Positions 25,590 to 38,628 of a stretch of 64,000 nt of DNA are shown here, in pieces. How positions within the stretch are numbered: position 1 is the first letter of the stretch; each line of letters begins with the position of its first letter. Under the pieces are notes generated by a model. That model had not been told where the DNA came from, did no database searches, and saw only the letters and a list, made by a program, of their open reading frames with translations. The DNA comes from Eledone cirrhosa (taxonomy: Eukaryota): NCBI GenBank assembly GCA_964016885.1, contig OZ024741.1, forward strand, positions 218,798,001 through 218,862,000, in the 5' to 3' direction. Position numbers and translations under genes: made by a program.

Positions 25590-25850
25590 TACATCCACAT
25601 CATCATCATCATCATCATCCACAGCACCACCATCATCATCACCATCATCATCACCACCACCATCATCACTACCATCATCCTCATCATGACCATCCACACC
25701 ATCACCATCATCCCCATCATCCACACCATCACTATCATCATCCACATCACCATCACCATCCACATCATCACCATCATCACCATCACCATCACCATCACCA
25801 TCATCACCATCACCATCCACATCATCACCATCACCATCCACATCATCATT
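25590..25850. repeat. (CAT/CAC)n microsatellite
   Basis: Direct inspection. Confidence 0.95.
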
Positions 25851-25937
25851 ATCAGTTATATATAAACCAGAAACCTATTTTCATGTCCTAGTCAAATGTC
25901 AGGTCTGAGCTCCTGTGCTCAATCGACCCTTTCTCAC

Positions 25938-25957
25938 CTGGGGAGTTCCAGTGAACC
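25938..25957 (-). CDS. Candidate 20-nt microexon
   Basis: Pyrimidine-rich ccttcctcccttgttag acceptor and CAG|gtgaga donor. Confidence 0.3.
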
Positions 25958-26196
25958 CTAACAAGGGAGGAAGGCAATATTGTCAACATTGGTAATCCCC
26001 TATTTTTACATGGTCCATCGATCTGCTAGAAATAGCAGCCACATTCCCCACAGCGTGAACCCTATTGTTTTGTGTGGGGGATTTTGTATTTTTGTTTAAA
26101 GAAATTAAAATAAAATATAAATCTCTGATATAGATATAGAGAGAAAGGTGGGGTAGTCACGTCTGGAATGGCTTCCATCACAGCTGCTAAACACTG

Positions 26197-28190
26197 ACCA
26201 CCACCACCACCACTACGATTATTAACACAACAGCAGCAACAACTACAATCACCACTACTACCACCACTACTAGTATTAACACAACAAGAGCAACAACTAC
26301 TATCACCGCTACAACAGCAACTACAATAACCACTACTACTACTACTACAACGACCACCACAGGTACTACTACTACTACAACAACTATCACTACCACTGCT
26401 ACCACCACTACTACTACGACCACTACTACTACGACTACGACGGCGACCACCACCACTACTACCACCACCACCACCACCACCACTACTACTACCACCACCA
26501 CCACCACTACCACCACAACAACCACAACCACCACAACCACCACCACCAATACTACCACCACCACCATCACCACCACCAATACTACCACTACCACTACTAC
26601 TACGACCACGACCACTACCACTACTACCACTACCACTACAACTACCACCACTACCACTACTACTACGACCACCACTACTACCACAACTACTACCAACACT
26701 ACCACTACCACCACCAATACTACCACTACCACCAATACTACCACTACCACCAATACTACCACCACTACCACCAACACTACTACCACCACTACTACCACAA
26801 CTACTACCAACACTACCACTACCACCACCAATACTACCACTACCACCAATACTACCACTACCACCAATACTACCACTACCACCAATACTACCACCACTAC
26901 CACCAACACAACTACCACCACTACCACTACTACTACGACCACCACTACTACCACAACTACTACCAACACTACCACTACCACCACCAATACTACCACTACC
27001 ACCAATACTACCACTACCACCAATACTACCACCACTACCACCAACACTACTACCACCACTACCACTACTACTACGACCACTACCACTACTACTACGACCA
27101 CCACTACTACCACAACTACTACCAACACTACCACTACCACCACCAATACTACCACTACCACCAATACTACCACTACCACCAATACTACCACTACCACCAA
27201 TACTACCACCACTACCACCAACACAACTACCACCACTACCACTACTACTACGACCACCACTACTACCACAACTACTACCAACACTACCACTACCACCACC
27301 AATACTACCACTACCACCAATACTACCACTACCACCAATACTACCACTACCACCAATACTACCACCACTACCACCAACACAACTACCACCACTACCACTA
27401 CTACTACGACCACCACTACTACCACAACTACTACCAACACTACCACTACCACCACCAATACTACCACTACCACCAATACTACCACTACCACCAATACTAC
27501 CACTACCACCAATACTACCACCACTACCACCAACACAACTACCACCACTACCACTACTACTACGACCACCACTACTACCACAACTACTACCAACACTACC
27601 ACTACCACCACCAATACTACCACTACCACCAATACTACCACTACCACCAATACTACCACTACCACCAATACTACCACCACTACCACCAACACAACTACCA
27701 CCACTACCACTACTACTACGACCACCACTACTACCACAACTACTACCAACACTACCACTACCACCACCAATACTACCACTACCACCAATACTACCACTAC
27801 CACCAATACTACCACTACCACCAATACTACCACCACTACCACCAACACAACTACCACCACTACCACTACTACTACGACCACCACTACTACCACAACTACT
27901 ACCAACACTACCACTACCACCACCAATACTACCACTACCACCAATACTACCACTACCACCAATACTACCACTACCACCAATACTACCACCACTACCACCA
28001 ACACTACTACCACCACTACCACTACTACTACGACCACCACTACTACCACAACTACTACCAACACTACCACTACCACCACCAATACTACCACTACCACCAA
28101 TACTACCACTACCACCAATACTACCACTACCACCAATACTACCACCACTACCACCAACACTACTACCACCACTCCCATACTACTACTACA
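26197..28190. repeat. (ACC/ACT)n cryptic repeat with a 156-bp higher-order unit
   Basis: accaacactaccactaccaccaccaat recurs at 27121, 27277, 27433 and onward. Confidence 0.95.
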
Positions 28191-28597
28191 ACAGACACAC
28201 TGTCGGTTGTTGTCAACTGTAAACAAAAGGTATCAGGTTAATTTATGCAAGAAGCCACTAGTGAGATGAATAGGACAACACACCTGCTTCTGGGACATAC
28301 ACATACATATATACATACATATATACATACATACATATATATATATACACGTACATATATACATACATATATATATACATATATATATATATATACACGT
28401 ACATATATACATATATACCTATATACACATACACACATACACATATATACAAATACATATATACATATATACACATACATGTATACACATACATATATAC
28501 ATATATACACATACATGTATACACATACATATATACACATACATATATAGACATACACATACACATGCATACACATACATATATATATATATATATG

Positions 28598-29312
28598 GTG
28601 TGTGGCTTAGTGGTTAGAGCACTGGGCTTGCAATCGAAAGGTTGTGAGTTCAATTCTCGGACCGGGTGATGTGTTGTTTCCTTGAGCAAGACACCGACTT
28701 CAATGAGCCCAAATGCCAGACATCTGCATACCCAAACAGATCCTCTTCTCAGAGCTCACATATAAGCCGAGGCAGGTAATCACAAATCCAAACTTCATTC
28801 ATAAGCTGAGGCAGGTAATCAACAAATATTTAGATAGTGTAGTTTGTAATAAGACTGGCCCAATGAATTACAGGTACAGTCTATCTTTTATTACGCTGTA
28901 AGTGGCTCAGCATTCTACAGGTACGTTGTAGCCTTAATGTAATTCTCAGGGAGATTCAGTGTGAAAAAGTGTATAACAAGGCTGACTCTTTGATTAACAG
29001 GTACATTCTATTGTTTCTGATGGTGTAAGTGGCTGAGCATTCCACAGACACGTGTATCCTTGACGTAATTCTCAGGGAGATTCAGTGTGACACAGTGTGT
29101 AACATGGCTAGTCTTTGAATTACAGATACAGTACACTTTTGTGAAGGCGCATGGCTTAGTGGTTAGAGCATTGGGCTTGCAATCGAAAGGTTGTGAGTTC
29201 AATTCTCGGACCGGGTGATGTTTTGTTTCCTTGAGCAAGACACCGACTTCAATGAGCCCAAATGCCAGACATCTGCATACCCAAACAAATCCTCTTCTCA
29301 GAGCTCACATCT
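28598..29312 (+). repeat. Direct duplication (28600-28770 and 29143-29310) of a SINE-B head fused to an RTE fragment
   Basis: The same junction gagcaagacac|cgacttcaatgagcccaaatgccagac (MPDICIPKQILFSELT) occurs in both copies. Confidence 0.85.
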
Positions 29313-29451
29313 GGTAAGAGACCAGTGTTGGGGATGTTAGGATTATTAGGTGTATGTTTAACAATATTATATTCTAGATGTTTGTCTATATTTATATTAT
29401 GAAGAGATGTAGTTAGAATTAATTAGGAAAATATAAATGATGATGATAATA

Positions 29452-29845
29452 ACTGGTTCTATTTTTTGGCACAAGGCCAGCAATTACCCAGTACATTACT
29501 GGTACTCTATTTTATCGACACCGTAAGGATGAAAGGCAAAGTCAACCTCGGCGGGATTTGAACTCAGATCGTAAAGCATGGCGTCCAACTCTCTACCGAT
29601 ACTGCCAATCCACCACCCTTATAAATGATGATGATGATAACATTATTATATCTATATCCAGGCGGTGGATTGGCAGTATCGGTAGAGGGTCGGACGCCAT
29701 GCTTTCCAGCATAGTTACGTCCCTTTACGGTCTGAGTTCAAATCCTGCCGAGGTTGACATTGCCTTTCATCCTTACGGGGTCGATAAAATAAAAGTACCA
29801 GTAATGCACTGGGTAATTGCTGGCCTTGTGCCTAAAGTATAAACA
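29452..29845. mobile_element. Divergent pair of SINE family A copies (29452-29615 minus, 29660-29845 plus)
   Basis: Each has its own TSD (ataaatgatgatgat.. and attattatatctatat). Confidence 0.88.
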
Positions 29846-29899
29846 ATTATTATATCTATATTAATTTCATCTTTAGGGGCTATATTTGGTGGTTTATAC

Positions 29900-30230
29900 T
29901 ATCAAAATATAACTGGATCAGCTGAAAAACACCTTGCTGAGGGCAGAAGCTGATTCTATCAATTGGGAGATGGAGGCTACAGAGAGAAAAAAATTAGAGA
30001 AGAACAATCCATGGAAAAAACAACATCCTTCAAAAACACCAGAAGGCAAATAGAAGAGATGAAGAGAGCCCAAAGCCAGAGCTTTCCATCACCTGAACCC
30101 TCTAACCCTCTAACCCTACCATGTGGTGGATGTGGAGGTCAGTTCAGATCCAACATAGGACTTATTTCACACAGAAGGAAATGTTGATGAGTACACCAAT
30201 ACACAGTAATGAGTTTCACCAATGACGACA
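29900..30230 (+). pseudogene. RTE (BovB-like) LINE 3' end with a C2H2-like finger
   Basis: LPCGGCGGQFRSNIGLISHRRKC* matches the RTE C-terminal zinc finger. Confidence 0.65.
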
Positions 30231-30239
30231 ATATATCCC

Positions 30240-33200
30240 TCTTTATTTCAGACACAGATGACCAACAAAATCCCGTCTCCCACACCCCTCCCTGCCCCTC
30301 CAACCCATCCATCCCACTCTCCCAACTTCAGAGTTGGTACCATGAACGTAGGCACATTGAAAGGTCGCTCAAATAAGGTTGTAGAGATGCTTGAACGTAA
30401 AGAAGTTGATGTTTGTTGTATTCAAGAGACTAGGTGGAGAGGGGGGGGGGGGGGGTCTGCCAGATTCATCGCGGGTAAAAAACGATGCTATAAACTTTTC
30501 TGGGTGGGAAATGACAAAGGACTGGGTGGTGTAGGAATTATGTTAACTGAAAAATGGGTAGATAAGGTAATTGACGTAAATAGAGTGAATGACAGAATAA
30601 TTGAATTAAGACTAGTTCTAAATAGAACTACTGTGACAATAATATCTGCTTATGCACCCCAATCTGGTCTACCTGACGTTATAAAGGACAGGTTCTATGA
30701 GATGCTAATGCACACTACCTCCCAAATAACCGACAGTGACTACTTAATTATTCCTGGCGATCTAAATGGTCACATTGGACAACATAGTGATGGCTATGAT
30801 GGAATCCATGGAGGCTATGGCATTGGAAATAGAAATGAGGAGGGCTTCAGAATCCTGGAATTCTGTGACGCAAATAGCCCAACTATCTGTAACACAAACT
30901 TCAAAAAACGTGAAAACCACTTGATCACCTATAGATCAAGGGAACATGCCAGCCAGATAGATTATATGCTTACTAGAAGACGGGACAAAATGTCTGTTGT
31001 AAACACTAAATCCCTCCCCCGTGAAGAATGCACCTCCCAACATAGCCTAGTAGTTAGTGACCTCATAGTCAGAAATAGACGTACTCGACGACAGAGGCCT
31101 ACCTTGAGGAGAAGAATATGGAAGTTGAAGGACCCCATAGTCAGTGACAAATTTAAAAGCTTATTACTTGATGCCTTTGACAATAAGGAAAAACAATTAG
31201 AGACGTGCGATATAGAGGAACAGTGGCGATTCTTGAAAGTGAACCTGCTGAAAGCAACGGATGAAATCTGTGGCTGGAGCAGACCTATTGGCAGGAGGAG
31301 AGTAACTTGGTGGTGGAACAGTAAGGTGGAAGAGACAATCAAGACCAAAAAGCAGGCTTGGAAAGTATGACAGGATGGGGGAAGTAGAGAGCACTGTCAA
31401 GTGGCCAGGAGAGAAGCTAGGAGACAAGTGTACCTTGCAAAAAGGGTAGTAGAGGATAGAAAGTTCAAGCATGTTCTACAACGTAAGGACCAAAAACGTG
31501 AGGTGTTCAGGATTGCTAGACAATGTGTCAAGGAAAACCGTGATATTGTTGGGGAGAAGTGTGTCCGTAATGATAATGGTGTACTTGCGCTCACTGATAC
31601 TGATAAGAAGATAGCTTGGAAGTGTCACTACGAGAGACTATTAAATGAGGAGAATAAATGGGAAAAAGATAGTCTGCCCCAAATCGATCCAATAGAAGGA
31701 CCAGCGGTGCAAGTTAAAGGTAATATAATAAGTAAGGCAATCAAAGATATGAAGACAAGCAAGTTGCTGAGATGTTGAAGGCATCTGGTATGGTGGGACA
31801 CACTATGGTCACCCGTATAGTTAACCAAGTAATACAGAATGGGGTCATACCGAAAGACTGGCGTAGCAGCATCATCATTAACTGCTACAAGGCTAAAGGG
31901 GATGCTCTAGATAGGGGAAACTATAGAGGCATTAAGTTAATTGACCAGGTCATGAATGTCACAAAAAGAGTTATAGCGCAACTAATCAGAGAGCGAATTG
32001 ATCTAGATGAAATGCAGACGCTCTTTTCCTTGTACGACAATTACAAGAGAAGTACCTAGCTAAAAGTAAACCCCTCTACTTAGTTTTTGTAGACCTGGAG
32101 AAAGCTTTTGACAGAGTCCCCCGCTCCATTATCTGGTGGGCTTTTAGAAAACTAGATGTAGATGAATGGCTTGTGAGAGCTATACAAGCTATGTATAATG
32201 AAACAGTCAGTAAGGTTAGAATTAACAATGAATATTGTGAAGAATTTAGTGTAAAAGTTGGCATTCTTCAAGGCTCTGTCCTTAGCCCCCTCTTATTCAT
32301 TATTGCCCTTCAGGCTATAACAGAAGAGTTCAAGACCGGCTGCCCATGGGAACTCCTATACGCAGATGATCTAACGCTCCTGCTGAATCAATGGCTGTAC
32401 TAGAGAAGAAATTCGAAACATGGAAGCATGGCCTAGAATCAAAAGGCCTTAAAGTTAACTTGTCTAAGACTAAAGTTCTAGTTTGTAGAAAGGAAAATAG
32501 GGCACAGGTGCCCTCAGGGAAATGGCCATGCTCATTGTGTAGGAAAGGAGTAGGCAGAAATTCCATTTTATGTCCCAAATGCAAAGTATGGGTACATAAA
32601 AGATGTAGTGGGATCACAGGTAAACTATCTAAGAACGTAGACTTTATATGTGGCCGATGCTCAGGTGCAATAAGTAGCAAGTGTCCACAGGATACTAGCT
32701 CCTTCCATTGCCCAGATGGTTCTATAGAAATAGTAGACACTTTCCGGGTGACGAAATCAGCAGTGGAGGAGGGTGTTCTGAAAGTACAGTAGCCAGAGTC
32801 AGAACGGAATGGAAAAAGTTCAGAGAGCTTATACCACTATTGGCCACAAAAGGTTTCTCACTAAAAATGAAAGGCAGATTGTATGATGCTTGTATACGAA
32901 CAGCAATGCTACATGGCAGTGAGACATGGGCATTACGTGCAGAGGACCTGCGTAGACTGGAAAGGAATGAAGCATGCATGCTCCGTTGGATGTGTAATAG
33001 TAATATACATGAACGGCAAAGCATAAATGAACTAAGTGAGAAATTAGGAATAAGAGGGATCAGATGCTGTTTACTCGAGAAAAGACTACGTTGGTATGGT
33101 CACATGATGCGCATGAAAGACGACAGCTGCATAAAAAAGTGCAGGGCGATCAAATTGATGGTAGTTACGGAGTAGGTAGACCCAGAAAAACCTGGGATGA

Positions 33201-33425
33201 TCTGATAAATTCCAACCTTACACACTTACATCTCTCCAAGACGCAGTAATACAGAAGACCCGCCTTGCCTATGTACAAAGTGAAACCTAGTCAGTAGGCA
33301 CCTCTTAACCAAATATACACCCCAATCCACTACCTCTACCCTATCCTCCCACTCCCACTAACAGCACGAGATAATGACATCGAGATCGTGTAGGTGTCAC
33401 GACAAAAAACACACACAATCCACGC
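30240..33425 (+). pseudogene. Near-full-length RTE-clade LINE (AP endonuclease, RT, PHD-like finger), disrupted by stops, frameshifts and deletions
   Basis: APE motifs GTMNVGTL, CCIQETRW, ISAYAPQ, GDLNGH, SQIDY; RT motifs GNYRGIKL, FVDLEKAFD, QGSVLSP, YADD; same family as 19845-21710. Confidence 0.95.
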
Positions 33426-33755
33426 TGTGGTTAGAGTATGGCCTTGCAATCGAAAGGTTGTGAGTTCAATTCTCAGACTGGGTGATGTGTTGTTTCCTTG
33501 AGCAAGACACTTTATTTCACATTGCTCCAGTTTACTCAGCTGTAGAAATGAGATGATAAGGACTGGGGTCCATATCATTCCACTGCAAAGTGGTCGTGGA
33601 GGTGCCACGGCAAAAAAGCACCCAGCACTCACTGTAAATGAGGTTGGTGTTAGGAAGGGCATCCAGCTGTAGAAATCAAGCCAGAATCAGATCCCGTCCC
33701 ACCCTTGCAAGCAGGGAAAAAGCGGACGTAAAATGAAATGATGATGATGATGATA
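33426..33755 (+). mobile_element. SINE family B copy
   Basis: Near-identical to 21232-21573. Confidence 0.88.
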
Positions 33756-33850
33756 TATAACAAAGGAATTGTGGTAAGGAACCAGATGGACCATAACGCA
33801 CCAAAGTACTCAATACTTAGGGTAGTAGAGTGGCAAATAGGAAAAAGTAT

Positions 33851-33920
33851 GACCCTGAAGGGCTATTTCGACAGTCCAGAAATAGCCATCGAAACGGCTT
33901 GAGCTCTGCCGTCGGGGTCA
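33851..33920 (+). ncRNA. Degenerate type I hammerhead ribozyme in a Penelope-like fold-back (33760-33932)
   Basis: gacc-CTGAAG-ggctatttc/gaaatagcc-atc-GAAA-cggc/gccg-TC-ggggtc; GUC triplet; a few nt appear deleted after CTGAAG. Confidence 0.65.
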
Positions 33921-34009
33921 TACTTTTTCCTATATATACATATATATATATATATATATGATATATACATATATATATGTATATGTAGTTATGTATACAC
34001 ACACATATA

Positions 34010-34089
34010 CAGGATGTCCCCCCAAAAATGTATACACACTTCAAGAGCATTCTAATAAATATGTGTATACATTTTTGGGGGACATTCTG
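34010..34089. mobile_element. 80-bp Tc1/mariner-type MITE
   Basis: TA-caggatgtcccccaaaaatgtatacaca ... tgtgtatacatttttgggggacattctg-TA. Confidence 0.85.
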
Positions 34090-34317
34090 TATATATTATA
34101 TAGCCCATACAAACAATATTTTGTTTGTCTCCCATGGTCACATAGCTGTGACCAACTACTGTGAGGAGAGAGACAAGGTGTTCTTTGTAACAGTTATTAA
34201 ATAGTGCATGTATGTGAGTGTGTGTGTCTCTCTGTCTGCATGTGTTTGTGTATATATATATATACACATAGACACACACATAAAGACAACTGCAGCCTGA
34301 TGATGTCTGTCACCCAC

Positions 34318-34376
34318 CCTCTACCAGTAATGGCTGTAGATTCTTGAGATACTGGGAGTGTTTGGGGAATATAGAT
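34318..34376 (-). CDS. Candidate 59-nt exon
   Basis: ccttcag acceptor, AGG|gtgggt donor; frame SIFPKHSQYLKNLQPLLVE. Confidence 0.3.
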
Positions 34377-34449
34377 CTGAAGGCCTAGTGTGTATATATA
34401 TATATATATATAGTGTGTATATATATATATAGTGTGGTAAAGTTGAGTT

Positions 34450-35192
34450 AAGGTTTATGGAGAGTATTTGTTTCCTGTGGTCGTTTGCTGCTTACTGCCT
34501 CAGTGCAACTGTGACATGTAAAACCTATATTTTTAGCTATACATCCTGAGATCCCACTATATCTCTTGCGTATCCATAGTTTGCATTTGGGACAGAGGAT
34601 GGAATTTCTACCTAAATCTTTCCTGCACACTGAGCAAGGCCTTTTCTTCAAGGGGATGAGGGTTCTGTTTTCTTTTCTACTTATAAGGACCTTGTTAAGT
34701 AAGACCCCTTGTTTCTAATCCCTGCTTCCATGTTTGGAATTTCATCTTCTCTAGTTCAACCCTAGACTCTGCTATGAGTATAAGATCATCTGTGTATAGG
34801 AATCTCATAAAAAGCAGTACGATAATAAACAGGAGAGGGCTAACAACAGAGCCCTGGTGGACACCAACCTGTATGCTAAATTCCTCACTATCGACAGTCA
34901 AATCGGACTGAGGAAACAATATTTCTGTTGGTCTTTCCAATTGCTAATACTATCTATTGGTCGCAACTCCAGGTAGGATTCCTCGCTATAGTCATTGTTA
35001 ATCCCAACTTTCCTGACTGCTCCCCGATACATGGCTTGTACAGCCTTCGCAAGCTATTCATCTACTCCTAGTTTTCTAAGAGCCTACCAGATTATGGCAC
35101 AAGGTACTCTGTCGAAAGCTTTCTCTAGATCAACAAATGCCAGGTAGAGCAGTTTACTGTTAGCTAGGTACTTTTCCTGTAACTGCTTCACT
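34450..35192 (-). pseudogene. RTE LINE internal fragment (RT and PHD-like finger)
   Basis: GVHQGSVVSPLLF, LYTDDL, PCSVCRKDLGRNSILCPKC. Confidence 0.85.
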
Positions 35193-35333
35193 GGGAACAA
35201 AGCATATATACATGGGGGGAGTAAGGTCTGAGGAGAATGATGAATGGATGCAAAAAGCGGGAGAATGCTGGAAAACTAGAAAAGACCTGTTTAACCGATG
35301 CAAGCATGAAATAGTGATAGTAAAAGGATGATG

Positions 35334-35365
<32 letters not shown>

Positions 35366-35514
35366 TTATATACATAAATGAATGGATATGTATGTGTGTA
35401 TAAGAGTGTTTGGTTATGTTGTTTGTGAATGGAGATATAGATGTAACAAATGAAGCTTTACAAACACATACACACACATATATATATACATATACATACA
35501 TATGTATACATATG

Positions 35515-35900
35515 ATGGTTGCCCCCTCGTTATCGAGTATGGTCATTGCACAATATACTATTATTAATAACTATCAATTAATTCTATCGTGCAATGCCTG
35601 TGCGTGAAGATATTTTTTAAAGTGAGGAAATACTGTGCACTGAGCCAATCCCACTCTCTGAGCGACAGTAGCTATAACCCGAAAAGAAGAAAAGATCAAC
35701 ATCATCGGTAACTACTGAGCCGCAGGTTTTATATCGGAGTTATCCCAGTTTCCTGAGTTGCCTTCTCCTAGAAGAATGCCCTGACAAAGGCTAGGGGTAC
35801 TTCACTCCCAGTGGTTTAACCGTGCGGTACATGTGTATATACATATTTACATACTTTCGGATGGCCGTTGACTCTTATGAGTTCTTCGGCCCTTTGTCAT
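35515..35900 (+). mobile_element. Dispersed repeat also present at ~47100-47480, possibly a retroelement 5' region
   Basis: Shared ccttctcctagaa...gacaaaggcta...ctcccagtg...ggatggcc.ttgactctta. Confidence 0.5.
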
Positions 35901-35904
35901 ATGT

Positions 35905-35949
<45 letters not shown>

Positions 35950-36252
35950 CATATATACATACATATAGATACATATATATACATACATATACATACATAC
36001 ATATATATACATATATATACATACATATACATACATACATATATATACATATATATACATATACATACATATATATACATATACATATATATACACATAT
36101 ATATATACATACATATATATATACATATATATATACATACATATATATATATACATATATATATACATACATATATACATATAAACATACATATATATCT
36201 ATATATATATACACATACATATATACATATAAACATACATATATACATATAA

Positions 36253-36307
<55 letters not shown>

Positions 36308-36324
36308 TACATATATCATCATCA

Positions 36325-36700
36325 TCATCATTTAACGTCCATCTTCCACGCTTGCATGGGTTTGGACGGGAATTTTTCCACTTGAGGCAAGAGTGGTTGT
36401 CCTGCTCGTATAGGACTGTCTGGCGGGTTTTCTACGGTTGGATGCCCTTCCTAACACCAACCACATTCACAGTGTGGGGCTGGGAGGTTTGTACCGTGTT
36501 ACCTACACGGCCACATTACAGTGTGGACTGCGTGTTTTTTTTTTGTCATGACACCTACACGACCTCATTTATTTCGGACTGGACGTTGTGGTACCAACAT
36601 AACTTTACATTGAAAGGGGTGGTGTAGATGGTGGCGGGGGTAGGGTTAGTGGACGGGGGTGTATTTTTGGTTAAGAGGTGCCTACTGACTGTAGGTTTCG
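36325..36700 (-). mobile_element. RTE LINE 3' UTR fragment
   Basis: Reverse complement of the UTR at 20990-21230 and 21575-21700, with (CAT)n tail. Confidence 0.85.
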
Positions 36701-37004
36701 CTTATTGGTATCATACACATGTATACATACATATATATATATACATATATACATATACATACATACATATATGGACATTAAACGAAGATGATGATGATAC
36801 ATTGGATCCTGTATTTTCGTTGCTCTAGTGATGCGGCTGGACTGCCGACCGCTATATCTGATTTGCTAAGCTGTCTGAACGTATTGTTATTACTCTGGGG
36901 TTCTTTTCCCCATCCGAGTGCTAAAGCTACAGACCGATTCTGCATTCGTTAGCTTGGCCGTGTTCTAAAGCTTCGTTAATGCTGTACTAACATTTACATA
37001 CATA

Positions 37005-37215
37005 TCATCATCATCATCATTTTACGTCCGCTTTTCCCTGCTTGCAAGGGTGGGACGGGAACAGATTCTGGCTTGGTTTCTACAGCTGGATGCCCTTCCT
37101 AACACCAACCTCATTTACAGTGAGTGCTGGGTGCTTTTTTTCCGTGGCACCTCCACGACCACTTTGCAGTGTAATGATATGGACCCCAGTCCCTATCATC
37201 TCATTTCTACAGCCG
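37005..37215 (-). mobile_element. SINE family B 3' half
   Basis: Reverse complement of 21360-21570. Confidence 0.85.
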
Positions 37216-37243
<28 letters not shown>

Positions 37244-37246
<3 letters not shown>

Positions 37247-37550
37247 TTAAAACAACAGATTAAAGTTTAAGCAAAGAATCGCTGCTTTCACCCTTAACGG
37301 GATCTTCTGAAACTAACCAAAGTATCGTTTTCCTGTCTTCCTCCGGTTGCAACGTTTTTTGAAATATCCACTTCTGCGTTTACAGATTGACTTTGTTAGT
37401 TTCAGAAGATCCCGTTAAGGGTGAAAGCAGCGATTCTTTGCTTAAACTTTAATCTGTTATTTTAATAAATATTTGCTCTACGGTTCTTATATATTTGATA
37501 TATATTTATCCTTATCGAGCCCTCTTTGGATTTTAGTCTTCAAATTTATT
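37244..37550. mobile_element. Penelope-like fold-back with a hammerhead motif in both arms
   Basis: Arms 37244-37323 and 37390-37468; agttt-CAGAAGA-tccc/gggt-GAAA-gca/tgc-TT-aaact at 37398-37448; (TA)n flanks; second family member at 60061-60245. Confidence 0.7.
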
Positions 37551-37555
37551 ATTAT

Positions 37556-37593
<38 letters not shown>

Positions 37594-37712
37594 TATATAT
37601 ATATATATACACTGGTGTATATCAGTGTATACAAGAGTTCAGGAGACCATCCCAGCATCAGTTCTGTCCTATTCATCTCACTAGTGGCTTCTTGCATAAA
37701 TTAACCTGATAC

Positions 37713-37747
37713 CTTTTGTTTACAGTTGACAACAACCGACAGTGTGT
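37713..37747 (-). CDS. Candidate 35-nt exon, with an inverted duplicate at 28195-28229
   Basis: acaacag acceptor (weak), AAG|gtatca donor; frames THCRLLSTVNK or TLSVVVNCKQK. Confidence 0.25.
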
Positions 37748-37767
37748 CTGTTGTAGTAGTATGGTGG

Positions 37768-37934
37768 CAGGGCCGTCTTAATGTATGGGCATGCTGGGCA
37801 GTTGCCCGGGGGCCCCACGAGGATAGGGGGGGGGGGGGCCCATTTGTATTTTTATTCCTGTGAGTGGTTGTGTAGGTAGGGGCCCCAGTGCTCTGCTTTG
37901 TCAGGGGGCCTATAATGCTGTTAAGAAGGCCCTG
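37768..37934. mobile_element. hAT-type MITE
   Basis: TIRs cagggccgtcttaa / ttaagaaggccctg; 8-bp TSD tatggtgg at 37760-37767 and 37935-37942. Confidence 0.9.
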
Positions 37935-38168
37935 TATGGTGGTGGTGGTAGTGTTGGTGGTGGTGGTAGTATTGGTAGTGGTGGTGGTAGTATTGGTGGT
38001 GGTAGTAATAGTAGTGGCAGTAGTATAGTGGTGGTGGTGGTGGTGGTGGTGGTGGTGGTAGTAGTGGTGGTAGTAGTGGTGATAGTAGTAGTGGTAGTAG
38101 TTGTGGTGGTGGTATGTTGTTTCCTTGAGCAAGACACTTTACCACCAGTATTGGTGGTAGTGGTAGTG

Positions 38169-38212
<44 letters not shown>

Positions 38213-38628
38213 GGTGGTAGTTGTGGTCGTAGTAGTAGTGGTTATAGTAGTAGTAGTAGTAGTAGTGGCTATAGTAGTAGTAGCGGTTATAGTAGTAGTA
38301 GTGGTTATAGTAGTTGCTGTTGTAGCAGTAGTAGTAATGGTTACAGTAGTTGCTGTTGTAGTGGCAGGTAGCTGTAGTAATAGTAGTAGGAGAGCAGCGG
38401 CAGTTGTAGTAGTAGTACTAACACTAGTAGTAGTCGTGGTAGTGGTGGTGGTGGTGGTAGTAGTGGTAGTAGTATTATTATTATTATTATTATTATTAGT
38501 AGTAGTAGTAGTAGTAGTAGTAGTAGCCTTTGTGGTAGTAGCAGGAGCAGTAGTAGTTGCCTTTGTGGTGGCAGTGGTGGCAGTAGTAGTAGTAGTAGTA
38601 ATAGTAGCTGCAGCAGTAGTAGCAGTAT
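37935..38628. repeat. (GGT/AGT)n cryptic repeat
   Basis: Direct inspection; inverted counterpart of 26197-28190. Confidence 0.9.

Noticed and set aside
26187-28270. Mucin-like poly-Thr or poly-Val gene
   Set aside because: Trinucleotide repeat with no start codon or signal peptide; such tracts are common in this window
34290-34340. Hammerhead at CTGATGA
   Set aside because: No GAAA or stems II/III downstream; the same applies to CTGAAGA at ~55674
35515-35900. HDV-like ribozyme at a putative RTE 5' end
   Set aside because: I could not build the nested double pseudoknot by eye
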